Source: a virus (lineage: Duplodnaviria > Heunggongvirae > Uroviricota > Caudoviricetes). Taken from it: a stretch of DNA of 37,946 nucleotides. A program made the position numbers and the translations under genes. Positions within the stretch are counted from its first letter, which is position 1, and every line of letters begins with the position of its first letter. Of this stretch, positions 1 to 7,941 are shown piece by piece. The stretch lies in IMG/VR virus record IMGVR_UViG_3300025670_000002; one strand, given 5' to 3'. The notes beneath the pieces are model-generated. The model was not told the DNA's origin and did not search any database. It was given only the letters and a program-made list of their open reading frames with translations.

Positions 1-10
1 GGTTTAATGT

Positions 11-39
11 TTGACGGGAATAGAAATACCCCCTATAAT
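11..39 (+). promoter_or_regulatory. sigma70 promoter for the tRNA
   Basis: TTGACG (11-16), 17-nt spacer, TATAAT (34-39), about 40 nt upstream of the tRNA 5' end. Confidence 0.8.
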
Positions 40-77
40 AGCCGTTCTTTAGTTGATTAGATAACTAAAGAACGTGT

Positions 78-155
78 GGCGATATAGCTCAGTCCGGTTA
101 GAGCACAGGATTCATAACCCTGATGTCGAAGGTTCAATTCCCTCTATCGCCACCA
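78..155 (+). tRNA. tRNA-Met (CAT), elongator-like, CCA encoded
   Basis: Cloverleaf: acceptor GGCGATA/TATCGCC, D-stem GCTC/GAGC, anticodon loop TTCATAA, T-loop TTCAATT, A73 then CCA. The paired G1-C72 argues against initiator; Ile2 is not fully excluded. Confidence 0.92.
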
Positions 156-163
156 TATTTATC

Positions 164-185
164 AAGGACTTACGGACAAGTCCTT
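164..185. terminator. Hairpin between convergent tRNA and HNH genes
   Basis: Perfect 8-bp stem AAGGACTT-acggac-AAGTCCTT with no strong U-tract. It overlaps an IHF consensus TATCAAGGACTTA at 160-172. Confidence 0.4.
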
Positions 186-249
186 AACAAATGCAGGGTC
201 TTTAATAGGCATATAATAGGCATCTGAAAAATAACTGTATAAATATTGG

Positions 250-753
250 TCAGGCTGCCCGAGTAAATTCTCCATTTACTTGAAAAGATTTTTCAAGATA
301 AACTTGATGTGCTTTTTCCGCAGTTTCGTAAGTTCCCAGATTAACCCTTTTTCCTTTAATGGTAATTCTCGCCTGAAAACCACCCCCATTTTTTTTCACA
401 CCTTTTAGCCCCAACATATTTCTAGTGCGAACATTTACATTGTTTTGAGATCGAGTGGCAATCCTCAAATTTTCAATTCTCGAATTACCTCTGTCTAAAT
501 CTTTGTGGTCAATATCCAAACCATCTGGAATTTCCCCATTGTGATAAATCCAAACTAAGCGATGAATCGCGAATGATTTTTTATCAATCATTACCCTTGA
601 GTAACCCTTGCTCAAAGATTTACCGCCAGCGGATGACCCAATCAAAGCTCTGTTACTTAGAGAGACTTTCCAGATTAGTTTTCCAGTAAAAGGGCCGTAG
701 TCAAAAAGCTCTCTTACTCTTTTCTGAGTTATCTTGTTTGCCGTCACTTTCAC
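250..753 (-). CDS. HNH homing endonuclease with C-terminal AP2-like DNA-binding domain
   Basis: HRLVWIYHNGEIPDGLDIDHKD...NSRIENLRIATRSQN HNH motif, then GVKKNGGGFQARITIKGKRVNLGTYETAEKAH (AP2-like). GTG start. Confidence 0.9.
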   Translation of the reverse strand: MKVTANKITQKRVRELFDYGPFTGKLIWKVSLSNRALIGSSAGGKSLSKGYSRVMIDKKSFAIHRLVWIYHNGEIPDGLDIDHKDLDRGNSRIENLRIATRSQNNVNVRTRNMLGLKGVKKNGGGFQARITIKGKRVNLGTYETAEKAHQVYLEKSFQVNGEFTRAA

Positions 754-1376
754 TATGCATTACTCAGTGACATTCTGAGTTTCATATCGCCCCACATATC
801 CAAATGACATGAGTTGCTTATTCTCTTTTCACCGACATTTTTCTTGAAAAACCACAAGCCGCTGTTGTTAAATGAAAATAGCGGCGTCAGGTCCGCTCTT
901 TTACTGAGACGTTTTACCTCTGGTATCAGGCTGTCCATAACAAGAGGGTCATCACCAGGCTTAGGGAAGTAGGATAAGATCATGTGTGCCTCGTCCCCTC
1001 TCCTAGCTATCGTGACGTAGGTTATTCGCAACTTTTCAGCGCGAATGCCTAGCTTCAATAGAGAGAAATACTTTGCTATTGAGTAGTCTTCACAGTCACC
1101 AGCTCCCGCAATTAGAGTTTCCGATGGGGTTGCCCAGTAATCACTCACACCCCATAGATCAATGTCGTTCTTGAATTTTATGTTTTGGTTAAAGAAGTCA
1201 TTGACCCTGTTTAATTTCTCAAGGTCTGTGCTCAATTTCGCATCATCTATTAGGTCATGCAGGTCGTTTGATCTACTTAGCTCATCTACACTGCTTGTGC
1301 CGAGAGCCGATGTTCCAAATGTAACCAGTATTGCGGCAGCAGCCAACGATCTAATTGCGCTTGTCACCTTTACCAA
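753..1376 (-). CDS. lapG: LapG-like transglutaminase-like periplasmic cysteine protease (BTLCP family)
   Basis: DLWGVSDYWATPSE, GDCEDYSIAKY (Cys), AHMIL (His), LVMDSL (Asp), LTPLFSFN, and a Sec-type hydrophobic N-terminus. The start (TTG 1376 or GTG 1367) is uncertain. Confidence 0.85.
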   Translation of the reverse strand: MVKVTSAIRSLAAAAILVTFGTSALGTSSVDELSRSNDLHDLIDDAKLSTDLEKLNRVNDFFNQNIKFKNDIDLWGVSDYWATPSETLIAGAGDCEDYSIAKYFSLLKLGIRAEKLRITYVTIARRGDEAHMILSYFPKPGDDPLVMDSLIPEVKRLSKRADLTPLFSFNNSGLWFFKKNVGEKRISNSCHLDMWGDMKLRMSLSNA

Positions 1377-1927
1377 GTCCCAGACTCAGGAATTTCAATG
1401 CCTATCTCATCAATCGACGCAATACCTTCAAGTCTATCCATTATTGATTCAATATATGTAAAGATGTCCGCCATTTGATCTGGGTTGGGGTTCGCCTCTT
1501 CAATGAACTCATCAATCTCGCGCAACCTCTCTACAATATTACTGGCATCGGTCATTGGCGGCTGTGCGTCTTTCAGAGAAGTGGCTTCGTCGACACTTGC
1601 CCATTCAGACCCAAATACTCTCTTTGAGTCAACCAAGCTTTTTACCCACTCTGATTCCTTATCTGGGTCATCACTAGAGGCGATAAATCTATCCACACTC
1701 GCTTTTAAACTGGGTGGTGATGCGGACTTCTTGTCAAAAGGCGGTATTTTGATAGCCAGTGTCTCCGCAGCAATATCACTCTCGATTCTTTTCGCAACAA
1801 ATAAATCAGAGCCGATCGCAACCTCATCAATGACTGCGGTAGGGCAGCTCTTGCCCTTGATTGATGTTAAGTCTTCGACACTAAACATTTTCCCTTTTGC
1901 CCGAGGGTCTATTCCAAACTCGGTCAC
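1370..1927 (-). CDS. Hypothetical protein, acidic C-terminus
   Basis: 185-aa ORF, co-oriented and overlapping its neighbours (GTG start overlaps the TGA of the upstream small ORF). No family recognised. Confidence 0.6.
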   Translation of the reverse strand: MTEFGIDPRAKGKMFSVEDLTSIKGKSCPTAVIDEVAIGSDLFVAKRIESDIAAETLAIKIPPFDKKSASPPSLKASVDRFIASSDDPDKESEWVKSLVDSKRVFGSEWASVDEATSLKDAQPPMTDASNIVERLREIDEFIEEANPNPDQMADIFTYIESIMDRLEGIASIDEIGIEIPESGTW

Positions 1928-2100
1928 GATGTAAATTCCGAGTAATTGATATAATTTACACTTGCTGGACTGACCATGTATTCCGCACCCACGATTCCCG
2001 CCATACTTTCTTTTGACATTTGATGTTTCCCTAGTTTGCTAAAAATAATGGTGCACGTCGTTACACCATTGATTTGGAATGACACTGAGTATTTATACAT
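1924..2100 (-). CDS. Small hypothetical protein (58 aa, MYKYSVSFQINGVTTCTIIF...EFTS), not in the ORF track
   Basis: ATG at 2100 and TGA at 1924-1926, with a GTGA overlap onto the 1927 start. A palindrome copy sits directly upstream. Confidence 0.5.
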   Translation of the reverse strand: MYKYSVSFQINGVTTCTIIFSKLGKHQMSKESMAGIVGAEYMVSPASVNYINYSEFTS

Positions 2101-2118
2101 TAAGTCACTACTTGCTTA
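2101..2118 (-). promoter_or_regulatory. 18-bp palindromic operator-like site, copy 1 (degenerate)
   Basis: Minus strand TAAGCAA-GTAG-TGACTTA, 2 mismatches in one arm. Confidence 0.5.
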
Positions 2119-2167
2119 TTATTTTACGCGATTTTAGATGGATGAGTAGGCAATTGATTACTTACTA

Positions 2168-4747
2168 CTATGCAGCCCGCTTCTTGCTGAACACATTGAA
2201 ATCAAAGTCAGCCCCAACTTGCAATATGTTTTCCGAAAACCCCTTTGTTCCCTCAATGATCGCTCTTCTAGTAAGTGAGTGTTTCTTAAGGTGGCTATTG
2301 TGACTGTCGGAGAAATCAATAATAAATGCGACATTTGGGCCATTCTTTTTTGCACGCAATCCACGACCAATTCTTTGTCTGAGAGCTACCTCAGCTTTGC
2401 CGCCTCCAGCGAGAATCACCATGCCGACCGCTGGGACATCCACACCGACATCGAGGATTGTCGAGCCAATAAGAACGTCTATCTTTCCAGAGCCCAGGTC
2501 TCTCAGCGCATCGGTTCTCTGAGTGCTTTCATGCTTTCCGTAGATAAACTCAGACACGACACCTGCTTTATTGAGAGCCGTCTTTAGCAATTCGCCATGA
2601 GCTTTGTGCTGAACGAGTATCATAATTGGCATTCCATACTTCGATGCTCGTTCTGCCTCAAATAAGATTGCCGAGTTTCTGCTTGAGCTCTCTACGATGC
2701 CTGCCTTATATGCCTTCTGCCAGCCAGTTGTTCTGAATAAACCCTTTGGCTTCTCGGTTTCGATTATCTTGAAGATGGGCTTTGCAAGAATGCCGCGATC
2801 TATAAGAAGCTTTTCAGTTACCTTAATTCCGATACTGCCAACCGATGCCATAAGTCTCATGTTTGACTCACCATCCGCCCTCATAAATGGGGTCGCAGTT
2901 AGAGCAAGCCTGTATTCAGCGTTCTTGCATAGGTTAAGTATGTCGAAATAACTATTTCCACCCACCTCATGCGCTTCTTCGAGGATGACGAACTCAAACA
3001 TGTCCAATAGTTTTTTGGCCAACGCCTGTCGCTTTAGCTGCTCTTTTTGCTTTGCCTTTGTTGCATTTGCATTTGGATCCTTAAGCATTGCTGCAAATGT
3101 CTGAACCATGCCGACATTAAAGCCTCTGGTTGGCTTCATGATGCCGTCGCCAATTACGCCAACCTTGTCACCCATGTCCTCAAAAGCTTTCTTCATTTGG
3201 TGCATAAGAACGCCGCGAGTTGTTAGAAATAACGTCGGTCTATTTATTCTTTTGTATGCGAGCTTTGCAATTCTGGTGTTATGTGTAACTGTAAAATCAC
3301 CAAGCATGAAAAGATGATCTCCATCAATTTCAAACCCATAATAATTTCCCTCTCCGATTGACTCAACTGTAACCCCTGTTACAAGAACATCCTTCTTTTG
3401 GGCACGAACGGACGGCCTCTTTCTTTCCAGCCTAACAGGGATAACACTCGTGTCGCCGCTAATTATCATTGAGAAATAGTCACCAGTCACTCCATTGTTT
3501 GCGCATGTTTTCCTAACTTTCTTTTTGTATGCCGCGAACCCCAAAGACCGAACCACAAACAGAATGTCGTCAAACAGCCTCTCCTCCTTCAATGTTAGAT
3601 ATACGCACTTTCCATCATAGTTGCCATCCGTATCAATTATTCCTGCCAGAATGTGCAGCCTGTCCTCTCTACTTGCTGTCTTATAAGAGTGGGGAATGAA
3701 TTTTTTAACACTCTTATTGTCTTTTGTGCTCTTTATGTAGCCAAGTTGCCTAAATTCAGCCATCAGAGGGTTTTCTTTGCCGCCTGTCCGCCCTGTTGTA
3801 AGGCTGTATGAGGATGCCTTGTTCCCAGGCTTTGCATTCACGCGCACCGATAACGAAAAGTCATCGGCAACTTTTTCAACGGAACTCACAATCTCTTTGT
3901 CCATTGTTGTTATTGATACACATCCGTTAATCGTCCCGTCCCCCATCATTGCCCCAAAAAAATATGGATCAATGGGCAAAGGGCTAGATTCAAAGTCAAC
4001 CCCAGTTCTCCATCCCTTGTGGACATGCTTAAAGGTTTTATTTTGTCTAAGATACTCCTCTACGTTTATGTTGACAATTTCACCTTTGGGGTATTTTTCC
4101 CCACCACGCTTTGACCCGCGATAGCCTCTTGATGTCTTTTTCAGACTAAGAATGTGAGCGTCATTCACCACATAGGCGTCACCTTTTTTTGGCGTAACCC
4201 GATATAGCTCACCAACATCCGCAACCGTGGACAGAACGCAACGCGGCTTACTGTCTGGACCCATCAGCATGTCGCCCGCATTTACATCCTGAACAGGCTT
4301 GATTGTTCCGTCGTGCATAAGAACCGGTGTGTCCACACCTAAGCACTTCCCGCCACCCGTTGCAATTTGAGCAACCATCCCGCCGCGATTTATTAGACGA
4401 TCAACTGTTTCGGATTGGTAATCGTATCTGCTGTCCTCTGGAAACTCATCAACCTTTGCATTGCGAGCGCCGAGTGGGGCTGGCAAATCTTTTCTCACCA
4501 ACTGAACTATATTGCCGCGTTTTTCTAGCGACGACTTTATATACTGAACGAATCCAGCAGGAAATGAGTCTTTCTTGAAATTAAAAAATGTAGATATGCC
4601 AGACCACTGACCTGATTTATACGACGCCATGTGCTCTGCGCCCTCGACCGTATAGGACAAAAGTTCAGACACATATAGTCTAGTTTGTCGATCTGCTCTG
4701 AAAATCTTGGCATTCGTTGCGTTGGAGGCAATTTGTAACACTGCCAT
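2168..4747 (-). CDS. Superfamily 2 (DEAD/DEAH-like) helicase precursor containing an intein
   Basis: Q motif YDYQ, Walker A ATGGGK/T split by the intein, motif II LEEAHE, motif III LTATP, motif V ILDVGVDVP, motif VI QRIGRGLR. ATG 4747 preferred over GTG 4756. About 503 aa after splicing. Confidence 0.93.
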   Translation of the reverse strand: MAVLQIASNATNAKIFRADRQTRLYVSELLSYTVEGAEHMASYKSGQWSGISTFFNFKKDSFPAGFVQYIKSSLEKRGNIVQLVRKDLPAPLGARNAKVDEFPEDSRYDYQSETVDRLINRGGMVAQIATGGGKCLGVDTPVLMHDGTIKPVQDVNAGDMLMGPDSKPRCVLSTVADVGELYRVTPKKGDAYVVNDAHILSLKKTSRGYRGSKRGGEKYPKGEIVNINVEEYLRQNKTFKHVHKGWRTGVDFESSPLPIDPYFFGAMMGDGTINGCVSITTMDKEIVSSVEKVADDFSLSVRVNAKPGNKASSYSLTTGRTGGKENPLMAEFRQLGYIKSTKDNKSVKKFIPHSYKTASREDRLHILAGIIDTDGNYDGKCVYLTLKEERLFDDILFVVRSLGFAAYKKKVRKTCANNGVTGDYFSMIISGDTSVIPVRLERKRPSVRAQKKDVLVTGVTVESIGEGNYYGFEIDGDHLFMLGDFTVTHNTRIAKLAYKRINRPTLFLTTRGVLMHQMKKAFEDMGDKVGVIGDGIMKPTRGFNVGMVQTFAAMLKDPNANATKAKQKEQLKRQALAKKLLDMFEFVILEEAHEVGGNSYFDILNLCKNAEYRLALTATPFMRADGESNMRLMASVGSIGIKVTEKLLIDRGILAKPIFKIIETEKPKGLFRTTGWQKAYKAGIVESSSRNSAILFEAERASKYGMPIMILVQHKAHGELLKTALNKAGVVSEFIYGKHESTQRTDALRDLGSGKIDVLIGSTILDVGVDVPAVGMVILAGGGKAEVALRQRIGRGLRAKKNGPNVAFIIDFSDSHNSHLKKHSLTRRAIIEGTKGFSENILQVGADFDFNVFSKKRAA
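3278..4345 (-). mobile_element. Intein (356 aa) with LAGLIDADG homing endonuclease
   Basis: Begins CLGVDTPVLMHDG (Cys1), ends YYGFEIDGDHLFMLGDFTVTHN followed by Thr+1. Internal motifs FFGAMMGDG and ILAGIIDTDG. Confidence 0.95.
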
Positions 4748-4835
4748 ATTTATCACCGATAAGTAATGAAAAAGGTATGATTATTTTATCATAAAAAGAT
4801 AACTCCTTGTTTTTTATATCAAACATATATTAAAA

Positions 4836-4853
4836 TAAGTCATTGGTGACTTA
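4836..4853 (+). promoter_or_regulatory. 18-bp palindromic operator-like site, copy 2
   Basis: TAAGTCA-TTGG-TGACTTA, extended by AAAA/TTTT, between the divergent helicase and ParB-like genes. Confidence 0.8.
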
Positions 4854-4866
4854 TTTTTAATACGAC

Positions 4867-5544
4867 ATGGGAAGGAATTTGAACAAACCATATATGGAAG
4901 AGATTGATTTACGAGACGTAGTGAACAATCCCTGGAACTCAAATGTAATGAGTCCAGAAAACGAAGCAAAGCTGACAGAAAGCTTAAGAATGAATGGCTC
5001 ATTTAAGCCAATTGTCGTTAGACATCTGGGGAACGGCACGTATGAAATTATTGGTGGCGAGCACAGAGCTAAGGTAGCAAGAAAGCTGGGAAACGAAACC
5101 ATCCAAGCCGTTGTTCATGAGGCCATGACTGACGACATGGCAAAGAAGATTAGCATTGCGGATAACGCGAGATATGGAGCGGATGATGGGCTAAAGCTAT
5201 CCGAGTTAATTTCATCACTTGAAGACCCAACATCGCTATCAGACTTTCTTCCATATTCGGATTCGGAAGTGGAGGTGCTTATTTCATCAACAAACATTGA
5301 TTTGGATACACTAAATATGCTGGATGACGATGACGAGATTGATGTTCCGCAAGAAACAGAGCAGGTTGATGTTCAGACACATACGATTATGAGATTCAAG
5401 GTTGCGATCGAGGACTCAAATGCAATTCAAGACATTATCGGAAAGATCATCAAGAAGCAGAAATTGAATGAGTCTGATTCGCTAACCAACGCAGGTGATG
5501 CCCTTGTGTATGCACTAATGAAGGGTAGAGGCGGCAATGAGTAA
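4867..5544 (+). CDS. ParB/Srx N-terminal domain protein
   Basis: NPWNSN, KPIVVR, YEIIGGEHRAK (GxxR box), ISIADNARYG, followed by an acidic tail. Confidence 0.85.
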   Translation: MGRNLNKPYMEEIDLRDVVNNPWNSNVMSPENEAKLTESLRMNGSFKPIVVRHLGNGTYEIIGGEHRAKVARKLGNETIQAVVHEAMTDDMAKKISIADNARYGADDGLKLSELISSLEDPTSLSDFLPYSDSEVEVLISSTNIDLDTLNMLDDDDEIDVPQETEQVDVQTHTIMRFKVAIEDSNAIQDIIGKIIKKQKLNESDSLTNAGDALVYALMKGRGGNE

Positions 5545-5743
5545 GTTTGACGACTGTAAGGCGTGCGTAAACAAGCTCAACCCCGACATCTGTGATGACT
5601 GCGGGTATGGCGAGTTTTTTGAAGACAAGGGGCGTGATGAAATTTACATGGATGATGTCGTTGCGTCAGAAAACAATATTGATGAGAGCCTGGCGGAAGA
5701 GCTTGGGATTTACACAGAAAGTTGCGAGAGCGACTATGAATGA
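5537..5743 (+). CDS. Small Cys-rich protein (possible zinc ribbon)
   Basis: CKAC...CDDC motifs. ATG overlaps the end of the upstream gene. Confidence 0.55.
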   Translation: MSKFDDCKACVNKLNPDICDDCGYGEFFEDKGRDEIYMDDVVASENNIDESLAEELGIYTESCESDYE

Positions 5744-5767
5744 AGAAGACCTTTGGGGTAGAAGATA

Positions 5768-6454
5768 ATGGCTAAAAGAAAAGAGATCGTGATTGTAGAT
5801 AAGCTTGAGCAATGGGGTGTTGCTGACTTAATCCCATACGAAAAAAATTCAAAGGTTCATGACGAAAAGCAAATTGACAACCTTGTTGCTAACTTTAGAA
5901 AAAACGGGTTCGACGTTCCAATCGTTGTTGATGAAGACGGGGTAATTCTAAAAGGTCACGGAAGAAGACTTGCTGCCAAAAAAGCAGGAATGAAGTTCGT
6001 TCCTGTAATTGTTCGCGAAGGGCTGTCGGCAGAAGAAAAGGTTGAAATGCGAATTTCCGACAACCTTGTTGCTAGAGGCGAGATCAATGAAAAGCTCATG
6101 TTGGACGAACTTAAGTTACTGGCAGATAGCGACTTTGAAATCAACTTTGACTCAATCGGGCTAAACAATTCCGAACTTGAGTCATTTGCCGATATTTTGG
6201 ATATTGACATCGAGGGGTTGACTGACGAACTTGACGATCTGGTTGATGACGATGTGGTGGAGACGGCTGACGTCGAACCCACAGCAAGCACTGAAAATAC
6301 AGAAGTAAGTAAAGATGAGCCCGCAAGACCTGTTCCTGATGAATACGAGCCGACGTTCTCGGTTGTTGTCGAGTGCGATGACGAGGCGGGGCAGGAGCAG
6401 TTATACAAACAAATGATCGAGGAAGGTAGAAAATGCAAAATATTATCAATGTAA
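5768..6454 (+). CDS. Second ParB/Srx N-terminal domain protein
   Basis: LIPYEKNSKVH, GFDVPIVVDEDGVILKGHGRRLAA, MRISDN, an acidic linker and a compact C-terminal domain (FSVVVECDDEAGQEQLY...GRKCKIL). Confidence 0.88.
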   Translation: MAKRKEIVIVDKLEQWGVADLIPYEKNSKVHDEKQIDNLVANFRKNGFDVPIVVDEDGVILKGHGRRLAAKKAGMKFVPVIVREGLSAEEKVEMRISDNLVARGEINEKLMLDELKLLADSDFEINFDSIGLNNSELESFADILDIDIEGLTDELDDLVDDDVVETADVEPTASTENTEVSKDEPARPVPDEYEPTFSVVVECDDEAGQEQLYKQMIEEGRKCKILSM

Positions 6455-6753
6455 TTTCAAAGGCGGCAAAGTGGGCTTTTGCAAGTCCCGCCATTTTTGA
6501 AGAAAACATTAACAGAGATCACGTTATTAAATTAATTGAAAACGTGAAGTATGACAAAAGAGGTGGAGTTACTATTTGCGAAATGACCGTAAAGAGTGGC
6601 TTCGTAATTATCGGAACGTCTGGAAGCATGTATGACGACGGTGATACGCCAGATGACATCGGTATCGGCATTTCATACGAAGATGCAGTATCTAAGCTCT
6701 GGGAGCTTGAGGCATACACTCACAAGCATAACGAGTGGGTGAGCAATGCCTAG
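6433..6753 (+). CDS. Phage Gp49-like conserved protein
   Basis: VTICEMTVKSGFVIIGTSG...IGIGISYEDAVSKLWELEAY matches the remembered Gp49/gp66 phage family pattern. Confidence 0.65.
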   Translation: MQNIINVISKAAKWAFASPAIFEENINRDHVIKLIENVKYDKRGGVTICEMTVKSGFVIIGTSGSMYDDGDTPDDIGIGISYEDAVSKLWELEAYTHKHNEWVSNA

Positions 6754-7840
6754 CTTTAAGCACACGGTTGAATCCGACTATATCCCATCATTTAGAACAG
6801 AAAGTGTTGCGGGCATGTTTGATGTGCCTGCGACAGAAAGACTTACTCGCGAATGGGACATTGATATGCCGATTGAGGATATTGATGACTGGGGCGTGGG
6901 TGTCATTGTTGGTCCATCTGGCGCAGGAAAGACGACAATTGCAAAGACGGTGTTTGGTGAAGAAAATTACTTTGATGGGTCAAAGGGGTTTGACTGGCCT
7001 TTTGACAAGTCACTGCTCGATGGATTTAGCGAAGACCTATCCATTAAGGAAATTACCACCGCGTTGTCAAAAGTAGGGTTTAGTTCTCCGCCAGTATGGA
7101 TGCTTCCGTTCGACAAGCTTAGTAACGGGCAAAAGTTCAGAGCGGAAATGGCACGGTTAATCCTCGACACAAAAGGAACTGCGGTTGTTGATGAGTTTAC
7201 CAGTGTCGTTGATAGAAACGTGGCGAAAATGTGTAGCTTTGCTATTCAAAAATTCGTAAGACGTGCTGGCAGAAAAATGGTTGCGGTGTCATGTCACTAC
7301 GACATTATTGATTGGCTTGAGCCTGATTGGGTTTACTACGTTGATACTGGAGAGTTCAAAAGGGGGTCACTTCGGCGACCTAAAATCGACCTCAAAATAC
7401 AGCGAGTTCATCACTCCGCTTGGAAGATTTTCAAGGGACATCATTATTTAAGTGCGGACATTAATAAATCATCTCGGTGTTTTATGGCAACGGTCAATGG
7501 TGACCCTGTTGCATTCGTCGCCGCGCTTAAATTCCCTCATCACTCCGTCAGGAATATGTGGAAGAGCCACCGCACCGTTGTATTACCTGACTATCAAGGA
7601 ATCGGAATTGGCGGCGCACTCAACAATGCAGTTGGTCAGCACTTTCTTGATATTGGCGGACGGTTTACTGGTGTCGCGAGTCACCCTGCCATGAACGCAC
7701 ATAGAGCGAAGTCGCCGCTGTGGAAAATGACGAGAAAACCAAGCATGGTTCCGCCAACCACCAGCAAGGGGCAGTTTAAAAACTCAACATCGCTAGGAAG
7801 AGTTACCGCCAGTTTTGAATTTATAGGTGAGCAAAAATGA
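6746..7840 (+). CDS. ABC-type ATPase fused to a GNAT acetyltransferase
   Basis: Walker A GPSGAGKTT, signature LSNGQ, Walker B VVDEF, H-loop SCHYD, then GNAT motif A RTVVLPDYQGIGIG. Confidence 0.88.
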   Translation: MPSFKHTVESDYIPSFRTESVAGMFDVPATERLTREWDIDMPIEDIDDWGVGVIVGPSGAGKTTIAKTVFGEENYFDGSKGFDWPFDKSLLDGFSEDLSIKEITTALSKVGFSSPPVWMLPFDKLSNGQKFRAEMARLILDTKGTAVVDEFTSVVDRNVAKMCSFAIQKFVRRAGRKMVAVSCHYDIIDWLEPDWVYYVDTGEFKRGSLRRPKIDLKIQRVHHSAWKIFKGHHYLSADINKSSRCFMATVNGDPVAFVAALKFPHHSVRNMWKSHRTVVLPDYQGIGIGGALNNAVGQHFLDIGGRFTGVASHPAMNAHRAKSPLWKMTRKPSMVPPTTSKGQFKNSTSLGRVTASFEFIGEQK

Positions 7841-7941
7841 TCGCCTATGAGCTTATTGCGATAAAGCTAATTTTATTTGCGTGGTTTTTTATTTTCCTAT
7901 TTGGGGTTCCGATGCCATTCGACGATGACGGATTTGCTTAG
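7837..7941 (+). CDS. 34-aa single-transmembrane microprotein, not in the ORF track
   Basis: MIAYELIAIKLILFAWFFIFLFGVPMPFDDDGFA. ATGA overlap with the upstream stop and TAGTG overlap with the downstream start. Confidence 0.5.
   Translation: MIAYELIAIKLILFAWFFIFLFGVPMPFDDDGFA

Noticed and set aside
203-223. Short direct repeat TAATAGGCAT x2
   Set aside because: Two 10-nt copies in AT-rich DNA with no supporting context could be chance.
1810-1870. IKGKSCPTAVIDE in the 185-aa ORF as a terminase/ATPase Walker B remnant
   Set aside because: The match is too short and there is no Walker A or other supporting motif.
4867-6454. Classical parABS partition locus
   Set aside because: There is no ParA nearby, and the proteins have only the ParB N-domain plus acidic tails without an evident HTH.
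6746-7840. ABC transporter subunit
   Set aside because: It is fused to a GNAT domain and has no permease or binding-protein partner.
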